Source: Octopus vulgaris
Taxonomy: Eukaryota
Direction: 5' to 3'
Length of the DNA stretch: 64,000 nucleotides
Assembly: GCA_951406725.2 (NCBI GenBank)
Contig: OX597818.1
Location: 81,778,001 to 81,842,000 of the forward strand
Part shown: positions 1 through 15,989 of the stretch, one piece after another
How the letters are laid out: each line of letters opens with the position of its first letter
Numbering within the stretch: the stretch's first letter is position 1
Translations under genes and position numbers: made by a program
The notes under the pieces: generated by a model
What the model was told of the DNA's origin: nothing
What the model saw: only the letters and a program-made list of their open reading frames with translations
Database searches by the model: none

Positions 1-49
<49 letters not shown>

Positions 50-148
50 TAATAATAATAATGATGATGATGAGGATGATAATAATAATAATAATAATAA
101 TAATAATTATTATTATTATTGTTATTATTATTATTATCATCATTATTA

Positions 149-202
<54 letters not shown>

Positions 203-297
203 GAAGAAGAAGAAGAAGAAGAAGAAGAAGAAGAAGAAGAAGAAGAAGAAGAAGAAGAAGAAGAAGAAGAAGAAGAAGAAGAAGAAGAAGAAGGTGA
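1..297. repeat. Compound microsatellite (AAT)n-(ATT)n-(GAA)n
   Basis: Directly visible; ORFs 61..297 and the start of 119..595 are poly-I/L/R/E artefacts. Confidence 0.97.
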
Positions 298-2040
298 AGG
301 AACAACCTCAGAAAATACCGGAATGGCTCATGGATGTGAAACGGCAAACCCACAAAATTATAGACTGATAACTTGTCTCCCAGCAATTTACAAAGCCTTT
401 ACTGCAATAATATCGCAGAGAATGGACAAACATCTGGTAAAACAAAACCTGTTTCCAGAAGAGCAGAAGGGATGTTGGAAGGGTTCATACGGATGTAAAG
501 ATCAGCTATTGATCAATAAAGCCATAACTGAAGACAGTCATAGGAAAAAGAAGGGTCTCAGCCATAGCTCGGATCGGTCATCGAAAGGCTTTTGATAGTA
601 TTCCCCACATATGGATTCCAGAAACACTTGCCATGAACAAGTTAGCACCCATAATTATAAAATATATAAAACATTCCATGAATAAGTGGCAAACAGTGCT
701 ACGGCTCCAGACAAAAGACGGTCTCATAAAAATCAAAGCCGACTCCATTAGAAAAGGAATTTTCAGGGAGATGCGCTGTCACCACTCCTTTTATGGTTGG
801 CTCTGACACCTTTATCTGATATGCTAAATAGAATTGATTGTGGATACAACTGTTACGACAAAACAATCAACCATCTCTTGTATATGGATGATTTAAAACT
901 GTATGCTACAAATGATAAACAGCTGGAAACATTACTACAGACATTACATGGATTTACCAAAGAAATAAACATGGAATTTGGCTTAGAAAAATGTGCCACA
1001 ACAATTTTGAAAAGAGGAAAACTAGTTAAGAGTAACAGCATCACAGTAAATGAAATAAGAGAATTAGACCAAAGCCAGACATACAACTACTTAGAAATCA
1101 ATGAACTAGATACGATAAAACACACACAAATGAAAGGGAAGATAAGAAAGGAATACTATAGACGAGTTAGATTAATACTGAAAACAGAGCTCAATACGAA
1201 AAAAGAAGATAATTAACATCAATACTCTAGCCATCCCAGTTATAAGTTACTGCTACAATATACTTAAGTGGACTCTAAATGAACTAATCAAAATAGACAG
1301 AAAAAAACAGGAAAAACAATGACAGGATTTAGGATGCACCATCCAAAATCTAACATAGAAAGATTATATATAAAACGTATCGAAGTTGGTAGAGACCCAC
1401 TGCTAGAAAATTATTACAAAATAACCACCATAGGATTACAGAAATACCTACTATAGAAGGAAGGAAAACTGATACAGACAGCCACAAAACACGAACAAAA
1501 CAAAAAAAATGTGTTTTGTCTTTAAGGAATCTGGCAAATACAAGAAAGAAGTCATAGTACCTAACAACTATGAAGAAAAACAGAAATAACAAAAGCTGTA
1601 TAACAACCGAAATCCAAACTAAAACTGGAACAGTAACGGATCATGATATAACGATGACAAAAAAACTCTCCTACCTGGCAAATATTTGGTTAAGCTAAAC
1701 AGAAAAGAAATAGACAAAGTAGAATCACAACAACGGTTGAGAAGCTTATAACTTAACGCAAAGACTGAAGAATTTTTAATTGCAGCACAAGATAAAAGCC
1801 TTCCCACCAGAAATCACCAAAGACACATAAGGAAAAGAAATACAAGTAATTGCAGAATATATGGTGATGGAGAAGAAACAATAAATCATAAAACAGCTCC
1901 TACAAAAAGTTCGTCTCTTAGGCATAGTAAGGATTATCAGAAGGGTTCTAAGCACTTGCAAGACTGCTGAAAATTTGTGGACACCTAAGGTTACATCCAC
2001 ATAAAATCTAGCAAGAATAAACCTAAGCCAAACCAAAATA
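298..2040 (+). mobile_element. Degenerate, 5'-truncated R4/Dong-like non-LTR retrotransposon (RT plus C-terminal remnant)
   Basis: NYRLITCLPAIYK, EEQKGC..GS.GCKDQLLI, GIFQGD.LSP, NHLLYMDDLKLYA and MEFGLEKC motifs over frameshifted ORFs 119..595 and 797..1216; AAQD and C..ETINHI-like remnants near 1780-1890; degenerate TAA repeats after the 3' end. Confidence 0.85.
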
Positions 2041-2814
2041 ATGATAGTAATAGTAGTGGTAGCAGCAGTAGTAGCAGTATTAATTTATATCGTTTTACTT
2101 GTACTCTCTGAACGGTCATGTCTCAATCTGCTCGAGGAAAAACTTATTTTGATTCCAGGATTAAGAATTATGATTCCATTCCTGGGACTGTGGAAACGTT
2201 CTTTATTTTTTTCTAGATATTTTAAACTGTTTCCTCGTTTTCTCCATCCACCCAATGGCAATGTTTATTCATATTGCAAGATTGTAGCATGAAAACTTGC
2301 AGGTATCTAAGTTGAAACAAAGTCACTTACATAATAAAAGAAAAAAAAATTGCGTGTTGGAAGCATTAGGCTTATGGGAAAGGAAACAATATGAATAGCA
2401 ACAGTAATATAAAACAGCAATAACAAGACCACCATCACTACCACCACCACCACCACAACCACCACCAACAACAACAACAACTACAGTAACACCAATAACT
2501 ATAGTAAAAGGTCATTTTCAGAGTTCTCGGTCAAAAGATGAAACTTTGATTGAGTAAGCTTAAATCTTTAACGTTTAAACTGGCCATATCCAGCCCTAAC
2601 ATTATATCTGTTCTATGTTCGGACCAGCCGGATTTGGCCTTTCACACCTTACCATGACATTCTAAGAATATACAATCACATCATCAACATCTCAAAGCTA
2701 CGAGATAATGAATGATTAATTCAAAACAATGTGAATTCAAAGCATGAACTTTACATTTGACAGAATAATCAGAATGCTACAGGTTTAAAGAGGAATCACC
2801 ACTTCTCAACAATG

Positions 2815-3020
2815 TACGAAGTGATATCAAATATTTCCCAGACTAGTTCTGCATGACGCCAACAGATAGCATCACACGGTTGCATGCGCAGTGAGAGATA
2901 GCAGTGACCTTCTTGAGGTAGTGTGCCGAGTGATAGCGCTGTGTTTACTTCGCAAGTTGTGAGATCTGTGTTTTCGTGATCATATGTATACTGTAGTCTG
3001 CGATTTCGTCATGGACAGGA
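2815..3020 (+). mobile_element. Degenerate mariner-like 5' end (TIR and 5' UTR)
   Basis: Starts TACGAAGTGATATCAAATATTTCCCAGACTAG, resembling TACGAGGGG..TCAAAAAGTT mariner TIRs; no partner TIR found. Confidence 0.4.
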
Positions 3021-3788
3021 ACAAAGAGCCAAGGTGGAAGGGGGCTCCGGAAATACTTAGGTTACAGACAGGGATATTAACAAGGGATTCGCTGTTTTGT
3101 ATGTCGTACTGCTACTGATTTTTGCAGAATACCACCGGTTAAAACTAAAATAAATACCAGAGCAGCATGAAATGAAACGGGTGTGATTTAATTTTTCAGC
3201 ACATGGCAATCCAGAGCTGTGGACAGCAGTAATTTCCCGTCGTTTAGAGGTTGAAGATGAGAGAAAAATGTGGGGGTGGGGCAGAGAGAAGAAAATAGGG
3301 TATGCGAGTGCAGAAAAAAATTGAACAAGATGTGAGTCTGAACTAAACGTTGATACGAAATGCAGACTGCATTCTCTTTCATCTAGAATAAGACGAGTCA
3401 ACTACTTAATAATTGATGTTGAAATGGGTATATACATACCAGAAGACTCGGGATCAGTATTTCTGGTAGGGTGAGTCGGTATGGGGGCTAAGAAGCGAGC
3501 GGGACAAATTGCTATGTTTAATGAAATTATGATGGTTATTAATTTTTACGTTTGTTCAACACCATTGTGCAGAAATGGATTGTATACTAATCGGTATTAG
3601 TGGCTACAGTTGGCGTTGTTTAATCTCTGAGGGATTTTGATGCAGCCGATCAATAACGTAACAGGTTCCAACTGTAACAATCCCGTCTTTTATTCGGACA
3701 TAGTCTATTGATGCAAACTCTATTTTGTTCTATTTATTACTGAACATACCGGGACGAAAACATGTTCAGTAATATTTTAAGTGTGGCA

Positions 3789-3977
3789 AGGCGGGCAGCT
3801 GGGAGAATCGCTAACATGTCGATCTAAATGCTTGGAGGCATTTCTTCCCTCCTCAAGTTCTGAGTTCAAATTCCGCCAAGGTCGACTTTGCCTTTCATCC
3901 GTTCAGGAATGCTAGGGCAGATGTTACCGAGTTAGCACTCCTCTAAAATTGTCGGTCTTGTACCAGAATTTGAAACC
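3789..3977 (+). mobile_element. tRNA-derived SINE with Deu/Nin-like central domain
   Basis: GGCGG..AGCTGG head, B-box GAGTTCAAATTCC, then GTCGACTTTGCCTTTCATCC; further copies near 12530-12790, 32977-33159, 39265-39390, 40640-40835 and 42690-43035 (all minus strand). Confidence 0.75.
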
Positions 3978-5104
3978 AATATTTTAACGTGTGGTGATAA
4001 TATTTGCCAGTTGGAGAAGTACTGCCCAAGTGGACAAATAAAGATCACAAAAGTGAAGCAAATGAAGTACAGCACATTTATCCTTGACTGAGTTTACAAA
4101 TCAGGATAGTTATACATACTGTCAATTTATGAATACACATATGAAGGAAAACAGTTTTGCAATACATGATGATACTGTAATATTTTTATCAGGTATGGCT
4201 AAGAAATGTATGGATATCTTTACAGAAATAGCTGTCTATTACACCATTTATGTCAATTATAATAGACACATTTCTTATGTGTCAAAATGTCTTCAATTCA
4301 AAAGCTATGTCAAAGTGTTTTCTTAGCTTTCCAGCTTGATTCTGCACAGTATTTCAGGTCTTTTTACATTTCTTTCAAGGTCTACGAGTGGCTTTATGAA
4401 TAAGAAGCTCGCTTTGAAGCCACTTGGTTTCGGGTTTAGTACAACTACACGGAGAATTTGAGGAGGTGTCTTCGTTAGAGCCTCGAGCCAACCAACTCCA
4501 TGCGAATGAATTTCGTAGACGGAAACTCTGTGGAGAACAATGCGTAAATGTATGTATTTATATATACACAAGGTCAGATGGTTAAATTGTCGCCATTTTA
4601 TATTCTTAGTTTCGCGCTTGCGCATCGTTTGCTGTTGGTTTTGTCGACAACACAGTATAGTAGGGTCAGTTGGGCGCCATCTGTGAAAAAAGCAGCACTA
4701 TGATGAAATTCACTTTGCCATAAATTTGGAAACGACTTGGCATTCGCGCCAAAAGCTCCAATGGGGAAATTTCAGAATTTTTGTGTCAATCTGAAAACAG
4801 TGCAATCTGAGGACATTGCAGTCTGAGGATATGTACCGAAAGTGATAAAATATATATAGTGTGTGTGTGAGTGCGCGTTCGTGTGTGTCTATGTGCATGT
4901 CACTATTTTTAATGGCCGCGTCTGTATAATTTCAGCCTCAAAATGTCGATCTGTATCAACCTTCTATGCTTTCTAATAACACATCCGCTTTAGCATACCA
5001 AGATAAACATTTCAGGCTACAACATATCATACCAATCTCTTCCTTGCAATTGTTAATCTTCTACAAAACTAGAACCAGATTTGGCAATTTTACTACTACC
5101 TCTT

Positions 5105-5407
5105 GTTTGTTCCTTCTTGAATCATGCCTGTCTCATACGGGCGGGTTTCCCGGTTTCCTTGGCGTATAGGTTCCCCCACCTGGTCGGCACGCCGCTCCGT
5201 CGCAGGTGGGCTGCAAGATGCATGATGAAAGAGTGAGAGAAAGTTGTAGCGAAAGAGTCAGCAGAAGTTCGCCATTACCTTCTGCCGGAACCGCGTGGAG
5301 CTTAGGTATTTCGCGCATAAACACACACATCACCCGGTTTGAGATTCGAACTCGCGATCCCTCGACCGCGGGTCCGCTGCTCTAACCACTAGGCCATGTT
5401 CCCCCAC
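5105..5407 (-). mobile_element. Full-length tRNA-derived SINE with 13-bp TSD
   Basis: Minus-strand head TGGCCTAGTGGTTAG (A-box) and GAGTTCGAATC (B-box); ACTACTACCTCTT flanks both sides (5092-5104 and 5408-5420). Confidence 0.9.
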
Positions 5408-6135
5408 ACTACTACCTCTTACAATATGAAAAACAGTCACCTTGCAAAAGAATTTAATCAAGCATTACGTTTCTCCGCATCCAAATTGCCTCTCTCAGAA
5501 CAGATTTTGCGCCCACTTGTTGTTAATAAACAAATCACTCTTCATGACTGCATACCATAATTTGTCGAGATCTCTGATGAGCAATCTCAAGCCCGCAGGA
5601 GATTTTCAATGGAATACATAATGAATCATTCCCTTCCTAGCTTTTAGGACCGCTGCCTGCATGATGATGTTCATGTCTGTTCTAAATCCATGTTATTTGG
5701 GGAGAAAATCACTGATGTCCAAGTAACACACACATGCCTATCATATACACACAAATTCACATGTAAACACGCGTACAACTCTCATCAAAATACAAAAGCA
5801 AATAAATATATTCTCACTCAATCCATGTCATTATACTGGCAAGGACTTATACAAGTCTAAGGCAAACCCACCAGCTATAAATACGACAGATATGTTCAAT
5901 TCTGAAGTAGTTCTGGATTTCCTAGGGGAACTACTAAATCACTAACCATTGCGAGGTATTGAATTCGCAAAAACGTACAATAAATTTTTGCTTTACGTAT
6001 GTATTGAAGCCTTGATTTTTACTTGTACCAGTGCATGGTACATAATATGTAGTACAGATTACTTAGTCTTCTTCCTCTGTCTCATTCGCTCTAACTGTCT
6101 GTCAGTCTGTCTGCATACATGTCCGTCTATCTCAG

Positions 6136-6174
<39 letters not shown>

Positions 6175-6194
6175 CACTGTATATATATACATAT

Positions 6195-6252
<58 letters not shown>

Positions 6253-6613
6253 TGATAGATAGATAGAATATACAAGCACACATTCCTACATAAAAGGTGC
6301 ACAAACATACATATGAATTAATATATAAAAGTATCTTAATATATACATACATACATACATGCATACATGCATACATACATACATACATACATACATACAT
6401 ACATACATGCATGCGTACATATACAGACACACGCACACGTAGACACAAAGACACGCATTTATATATATATATACATACAGTCATATGCTGGCATAAATGT
6501 ATGCATACGTATATACCAGAGTTTCTATATATGTGTCTTTCTTTTTGCACATACTTATACATGTGTGTTTATGTGTGTATATACATATATTTATATGTAT
6601 ATGCATATAAATA

Positions 6614-6664
<51 letters not shown>

Positions 6665-7062
6665 GTGTATATATATATATATATATATATATAGATATAT
6701 ATATTGGTGCTTCTGAACGCTTGAATGTGTCTCTACCGATGCATCTTTCATTATATAGATGTGATCGAATATTCTAATTACATGACAAAGAAATATAATA
6801 TATGTCTTTATGCTAGAATGCCTGTGACAGCATTAATGTGAAATTCGATCTAATCACCGTTGATAGATTGTTCATCATGCACGTCTTTGTGAACACGAAT
6901 CTTCCGGAGATTGAAACCCGAGCCAAGGCTTCATCCGAGCCGTACTGTTTTAAATATTTCTTTCTTTGAATAGCTAATAATTTTTATAACGAAATACTTT
7001 TGCTGCATGCAAATTCAAAGAAGAGCAATAAAAGTTTCTCCCCCATTCTTTGTTTGCCTTCT

Positions 7063-7099
<37 letters not shown>

Positions 7100-7285
7100 G
7101 CCCCCATCTCTCTCTATCTATCTATCTATCTATCTATCATATTACCTCTCTATTTCCACCACTCTATCTCTCTGCCCCTACCTTGCTATTCCTTTATGTG
7201 TTCGTGCATTCATGCATGTATATACGTACATACGTGAGTACGTACAAATGAATATGTGTAGGCATGTATTAATGCATCTATCTAT

Positions 7286-7346
<61 letters not shown>

Positions 7347-7360
7347 AATCTATCTATCTG

Positions 7361-7415
<55 letters not shown>

Positions 7416-7857
7416 GTCTGTCTGTCTTGTTATTTCGCTACCTCAGTGCCTACACCTCTTGTACTTCTTTCCCAGTCTCTATACTATATTGTCTCTGCCT
7501 CTTATATTCTCTAGCACTTTCTAGCACACCTCCAGCATGTAGTTGCATTCTCTGTCTCATCATCTCACTCACACTCTTTCCCGCTGTCTGTATATATGAG
7601 AAAAGTATAGACAGACATATATACATAGATGTATTATCAAATATAGCTTTGATATACATGTGGAACGATAAAAGAAATCTCTAAACTACGAGTATAGTGA
7701 TAGAGATCCTCAGTTCAAATTCTCTGGACATTGATAAAAATTATTAAAATTTAATATGCCAATGAATTTTGAAGTAATAAAATCATTTATACCTGAAACA
7801 ATTACAGGAGTATAAATAGTAGTTTTCTTAATTTACAACTATATTCCAGATCCATGC

Positions 7858-9591
<1,734 letters not shown>

Positions 9592-9592
9592 A

Positions 9593-9667
<75 letters not shown>

Positions 9668-9698
9668 GTCTGTCTGTCTGTCTGTCTGTCTGTATGTA

Positions 9699-9775
<77 letters not shown>

Positions 9776-10079
9776 GCCTTTCTGTCTGTCTGATGTCTGT
9801 CTGTCTAACTATCTATTATATATGTGTGTATTATATATTTGTGTCTTTGCACTTCTGTTTCACTTTCACATCGCTTGAAAAGCTGTGGAGGTTGTTTTTG
9901 TCACTTTAGGCAACCGGTTCGGCAAAAATGAGATCTGATAGAATAAGATCTGATTTTTAAAAATACTACACCGGTGTTGAGTTGTTCGAGAAAATCTATC
10001 GAGACAGTGATCCAGCTTGGCCGTAGACCAATGATTGAAGCAAATAAATGATAATTGTATAATTTTACCATTTTTTTAT

Positions 10080-10790
10080 TCTTATGTCTGCTAGTGTTGT
10101 TCCTTATGCAATATATTCTAAATATGAAGGCATGTTTGTATAATGTATTTTTGTAATAATGAGCTTCAGGATTGAAGGTCTCATCGTCAGAGGATAAGAT
10201 GAATAAGGAGTAGTTCATTCAAAATATCTAAGGGTTACTTAGAATTGATTGGAAGCTGGTACAATTTCAGTATATATCAATATATATTTGAAGGTATATT
10301 TACGAAATTAACACAGGGCCGTATCTGCTATGACGTTTAAGTCGAACTCATTCAATTGATTGTTAATCTTTTTCATACCGTTATTCTTACTTCACAAAGT
10401 AGTCCATCATCACGGTATAGACCGAATTCTACATAGCTGCACCTCTTCTGAAGTCTACGGTTAACAATTCCATTAATTAAAAACATCCAGTTATATTTTA
10501 CGAAAGCTTTTGTACATGATAGAAACACCTAGATTATTAATTATATAAAATAATTAACTTCCAGTAGCAATTTATCTGATTCTAGTGAAGTGTACGTCAG
10601 AGAGCATTATCCTGATGTACCCTGGCGAATGATTTTACTGATATTTTATCAAGAGCTTTCTCTAATTTAATTGATTCAATGACATGTGTAAAAAAGTTGA
10701 TTATTCTCTTGAAGAGCCATGGATGCGTAGAGTTTGTATTCTAGCACAGCAGAAAAAATAACTAGTGGTATTTAGTCGTATATCTTTACT
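10080..10790 (-). pseudogene. Degenerate Naiad-like Penelope RT fragment
   Basis: Reverse complement of about 10395-10428 reads E-F-G-L-Y-R-D-D-G-L-L; downstream LSSDDETFNPEAHYYKNTL (ORF 9901..10218) matches the thumb region. Confidence 0.65.
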
Positions 10791-10914
10791 CTTCGAGTTC
10801 AAATGGTGATCGTTGTTGTTTCAGATTTCATTCTCTGTCAGTCAATGAAGCAACATCTATCAAGTAAATGCTTCGTTCAAATAGGACTATATCATTCTCT
10901 TAGAGCTTCTTTAA

Positions 10915-10952
<38 letters not shown>

Positions 10953-10958
<6 letters not shown>

Positions 10959-11360
10959 TAATTAAATTAGAACGAATGGACCCATTAGTATAATTATACC
11001 TAAAATTACCAAGAGGTTAAGGAGATAGACAAAGAACATGCTGTTTCACTCCAGTAAGTTCTATGCTAGAGTGAGACAGCATATTCTTTGTCTATCTCTT
11101 AACCTCTTGGAGATTTTAGGTATAATTAAATTCTATGTCTTTGTGCAGCTGAAGATTGCTCTGCATTTGAAATTGATATAATGATTGAATTATTCAATTA
11201 AAAATGCAGTTGCATGAAACGATCGTACTGCATTACCTCTGGATATCCTTGTTGCGTATTTTGATTTTAATCACATTACTTTGAAATTGTATGGATACTA
11301 CCGTACTAAATTCTGGTGCCTCATCTTAAGTACCATATTCATCTGAATCTAAATTTTTGC
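10953..11360 (+). mobile_element. PLE pLTR-like unit in a TA tract, with 5' fold-back hairpin and HHR
   Basis: Inverted arms of about 65 bp spanning 10991-11128; homologous to 45325-45520; flanked by (TA)n on both sides. Confidence 0.75.
11143..11233 (+). ncRNA. Type I hammerhead ribozyme
   Basis: GTGCAG-CTGAAGA-stem II (CTGCATTT...AAATGCAG)-GAAA-CGATCG (palindromic stem III)-TA-CTGCAT. Confidence 0.8.
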
Positions 11361-11367
11361 TATATAC

Positions 11368-11483
<116 letters not shown>

Positions 11484-13146
11484 GTGAGATAGATAATTAT
11501 ATATACGCACACACATGGACATAATTATATATATACACTTACGTGTTTGCATTGTCGTTCTATTCTAATGCAAAACGTTTACGCAGAAAGTATTTCTGAG
11601 ACCGTAATCCGTTTCTACACGCGAAAAGATGTTGGAGCTCAATGCAATTTATGTGTTGTCAGACAAACATGTATCCGAGAAAGAATGTGGAACAAAATTA
11701 AAATTATATTTATAAGTGTGTGGGTCTCCTGCTTGAAAGAGATTAAAAGAGTTACTAAGTATGCTTCCAATCGTTTGAAAAGGTAATAATTTTTTAAAAA
11801 GAAATTTAAGTTAATTTACAAAATCTATTTAATTGTAGAGATTGCGTGATTTGTGGTGAGTTACAAAAGTCATTTCTGCCCATATACGTATGTTATACGT
11901 TGGTAAGCTTAGGATAAATAATTTATACATGCTCTAGGTCTATTTTACCCAATTAGGATTTTTATTAGATTATTTGAATCATATATTACATTTTGAAAGG
12001 TGCTTGTTTGGACCTTTTATAAGGAGAAAACAAATGCTTCGGACAGAGTGTTAATATATTGCATTAAAAATAAACATTCCAATAAAATGCACTTTGTTTC
12101 GTTCGAAGACAATTCAATGAGTAAATAAATAACTAGGAGTAGCCCCTTATGTACACATATACAGATACGCAGAGAGCAATATAAAAGAGTAGACTGATAG
12201 CGTGACATGGTTGAGACGACTAACAGGCTGGGTGAGATGAGATTTTGTGAAAGTAAGAGAAGTAGTGTTGATGGTATAGATTATGATGGTGACGAGAATA
12301 AGAATTAACGCCATTAATTGTGGTTAGGGAATGACAGCAGTGTAGCGATTGAAAATGAAGAAAGAGATGATGATTTAGAGCATAGTGAAAGAAAGAAAGG
12401 AGAGGGTATAAAAACATTGGGATCTAGTTTGGGATGTATCATTTAGATTTTTATGCAATTGTTTATATTAGCTGCATCTAATTATGTGTTGTTGAATACA
12501 TAACGTAAAGAAAGGGAAGAAATAATCCCTTTTAATACAGTCACAAGGCCTGAAATTTGGGGGAGGCGGATGATCGACTACATCGACCCCAGTGCGTAAC
12601 TGATGGTAGGGGTTAGTAGTTGCTAAAATATTTGGGACTCGTTCCTTGATTCATAATTTATTTTGTTAATCCTGTGGAAACGACACCTAAAGAGTGACTT
12701 AGGCGAGATTGGAAACCGGAACGTCAAGGGTCAAAAATATACCGTAAATAATTTCTTCCGACACTGATTCGTTGTCTCCAAACAACCAAAGCAACCGACT
12801 TTTGCCTACTGTAACACACACCACGCACACTCACACAGAAACACACAAACACATATACACGTAAACACAGGGAGAAACCCAAAGAAACACACACACACAC
12901 ACATATACGCACACAGAAACACAAACACATACGCATATACTTGCTTCAGTTATTGGACTGTGGCCATACTGGAACACCGCTTTGAAGGGTCGATACCAGT
13001 AGATTTTTTTCTCTGAGCCTGGTACTTAATTTATCGAGGACGTAAACAAGACAACAACGGTTATCAAACAGTAGTGCTGGACAAACAGAAATACAGACGT
13101 TGACAGTGATACACACAAATACATGCATACACACACATACTCACCC

Positions 13147-13209
<63 letters not shown>

Positions 13210-13420
13210 CATAACATATATACATGTATATGAAACGAATCATTGGTCGGCCCATGGATAGAGCAGAAAATAGTTGTCCAAGGTACGACACAGTAGAACT
13301 GAACACGGAATTATTTGGCTGGAAAGCAAACTTCTTTTCACGTAGCCACATTTGCGCCTAATATGAATATGTATTAAAAGAAATACACACATACACACAG
13401 TCGCCCGCACACACATCCAT

Positions 13421-13466
<46 letters not shown>

Positions 13467-13648
13467 GTATACTCGTACGTTCCTAATTTCACAATGTATT
13501 TTCATGGTTCGCTTTACGAAAGCAGCCCATAAACTTGTCTCATAAAACTATAAAAGTTGAAGCGTAAATAATCTAATCAGCGGAACAATATAGAGTCAAA
13601 TACACACGCGCACACATCCACCCACACACACACCCACACACCCACTCA

Positions 13649-13692
<44 letters not shown>

Positions 13693-14172
13693 TTTATATA
13701 TATATATATTTATATATATATATATGAATATGTATACATACGTATACGTATAAACATATATACATACATATATATATGCATGGACGTCACCTAATTTGTT
13801 TTCTTATGTCCCATTGTTTACATTATTTACGCACGAAGTTATATATTTTTAGATAGATTGTTGCTGTTGTTCTTATTGTCCTCGTTGCTCTGTGAATAGA
13901 AGAGATAAAGCCTTGCCTGTGGGTGTGTCTGTCTTGTTATATTTTATAGTTTATCTAATTTCACTCGATATGTACCTTCATGTGAATCATCTATAAATAT
14001 AGCTACTACTTAGTAGCATGCGTGCTTTTAGCAAACTTATCTTCCTACCTGCCTACTTACCTTCCTAACAAACTACATCTTACTTACCAACATATATACC
14101 TATATACGCACGTAGAAACCTACTTATTTCCACACACACTCAACACCTGACATCGTACTTGTGTATATGTAC

Positions 14173-14270
<98 letters not shown>

Positions 14271-14297
14271 GTTTGCCTGTCTGTTTAGTTATCGCTT

Positions 14298-14385
<88 letters not shown>

Positions 14386-14599
14386 CTTAGATATGTTTCA
14401 GCCGAAAGATTGGCTCAGGCCATGTCTTAAATAATAAAGTCACATTTTGTGTTATCATGGCCCATTCAAATAGGGAGTAGTTGCTGACTGAAATGTATCC
14501 AAGACAAGTGGTTTATCTGGTATCCTTCGAAGAAATTTGTACAGGTTTCGTCGAAGGTGAAGGGAACATTTTGTTTGATTTGTTTTGGGATAATCTTAA

Positions 14600-15830
14600 A
14601 CGGAGCAGAGCCTTTTGAAAAAATGGGATTATGTTGAAATGACATTGGGTAGGCACGTGAGACACGTGGTCTCAGCCATCGATCAATTATGAATCTAACG
14701 TTAAGGTTGTGTGGGCAATGCTGGAGGTATATTCTTTACATTGTGCAAATCATGTAGCGCTGATGGCGACGTTGGAGTTAATAAAGATTCAATGTTTTAA
14801 GGTGGTCCCAATAATCAAGAGAAAGTTATGCCCTTAAATTTTATAGTCAATGCTCTCCGGCTGTGGGGAGACCACAGGGAGCTGCTGCAGTATTCTAAGT
14901 GTGAACGTACACAGAATAAGAAGAGGGGAATGTTGATATCTTGCTGTCTATAGCAGAAAGATATGAGGTTCCGGGAGCTCATCACGCGAGTCATATCCAC
15001 TTTGTTGTTGATGTGGGTACTCCAGCTGAGATTGTTGTCAATAGTTAACAGCTAAGTCTCTGATATTATTGGATGCTGTGAGTAGTTCCCTTGTAGGAAG
15101 TAAATATAGATATTTGAGAGCCGTTTTTATTCCAAAATGCAACAATTCAAATTTTACCTCCTTTAACCACGTTTTGTTTTTATCCGCCTATTGGCTTATA
15201 GCATGTAGATCGGACTGTTGTTCGGTCATCTTCTCCATTGGTAATTTCCTTGACCTTACAATCATATCGAATATATTTATGTTGCTGTGGTTGATGACGT
15301 TTAGGATATCGTTTATATAGACTAAAAAGAGAAACAGGCCCAAAACAGTCACCTGAAGGACCCACTGGTGAATTTTGCTGGACTTTAGTGGATACCAGTC
15401 ACAACATGTTGTGATCTAGTAAAGATTGTTTGCCAACATAACATGGCAGTCCTGGTTTAGGACGAATGTTGCTGTAATTTATCCCCAGGAAACGATCTGT
15501 GTCCTTACATTTTCGAAAATGTAAGGACACAGATCGTGTCGTATAGCCAGCTGAAGACGATGTTTCTTGGGGATAAATTACAGCAACATTCGTCCTAAAC
15601 CATGACTGCCATGTTATGCTGGCAAGTACTGTTGCTGAATATCTCACGCTGTGAGATTGAAAAATAGTAATTTTCTAATGTTGTGTTCTGTTCACCAGGA
15701 AATACTTTATCTAGTGTGGCAATTTTCCACGGCTTCCAATATTTGACAATTTTGACAAGAGAATAATATGGTTGACTTCGTTGAATACAGTATAGGGATA
15801 ATGATCCTTCCCGCGTCATACGGACTCACA
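14600..15830 (-). mobile_element. Degenerate CR1/Jockey-group LINE RT and 3' fragment
   Basis: VRSHLEYCS..LWSPH (ORF 14815..15000), a G.PQG..LGP-like remnant near 15335-15370 and YS.TKST..QLL remnants near 15760-15800. Confidence 0.6.
15430..15625. repeat. Nested inverted repeat (64-bp outer arms, 46-bp perfect inner palindrome)
   Basis: 15430-15493 versus 15562-15625; the inner palindrome 15492-15537 is centred on TTTTCGAAAA. Confidence 0.9.
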
Positions 15831-15989
15831 AGATTACTCATTTTTGTCACCTGAGTGGACTGGAACAACGTGAAATAATGAGTTTTGCTCAAGAACACAA
15901 TTTTGCCTATACGGTTTTAGCTGACGGCCACTAACATTAATATCTCTTACGAGTATTAATTTTCTTATATATATATATATCTTTTAAAA

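Noticed and set aside
5330-5407. tRNA gene (also 17570-17632)
   Set aside because: The A/B boxes continue into SINE bodies and tails, with a TSD at the first locus; these are SINE heads.
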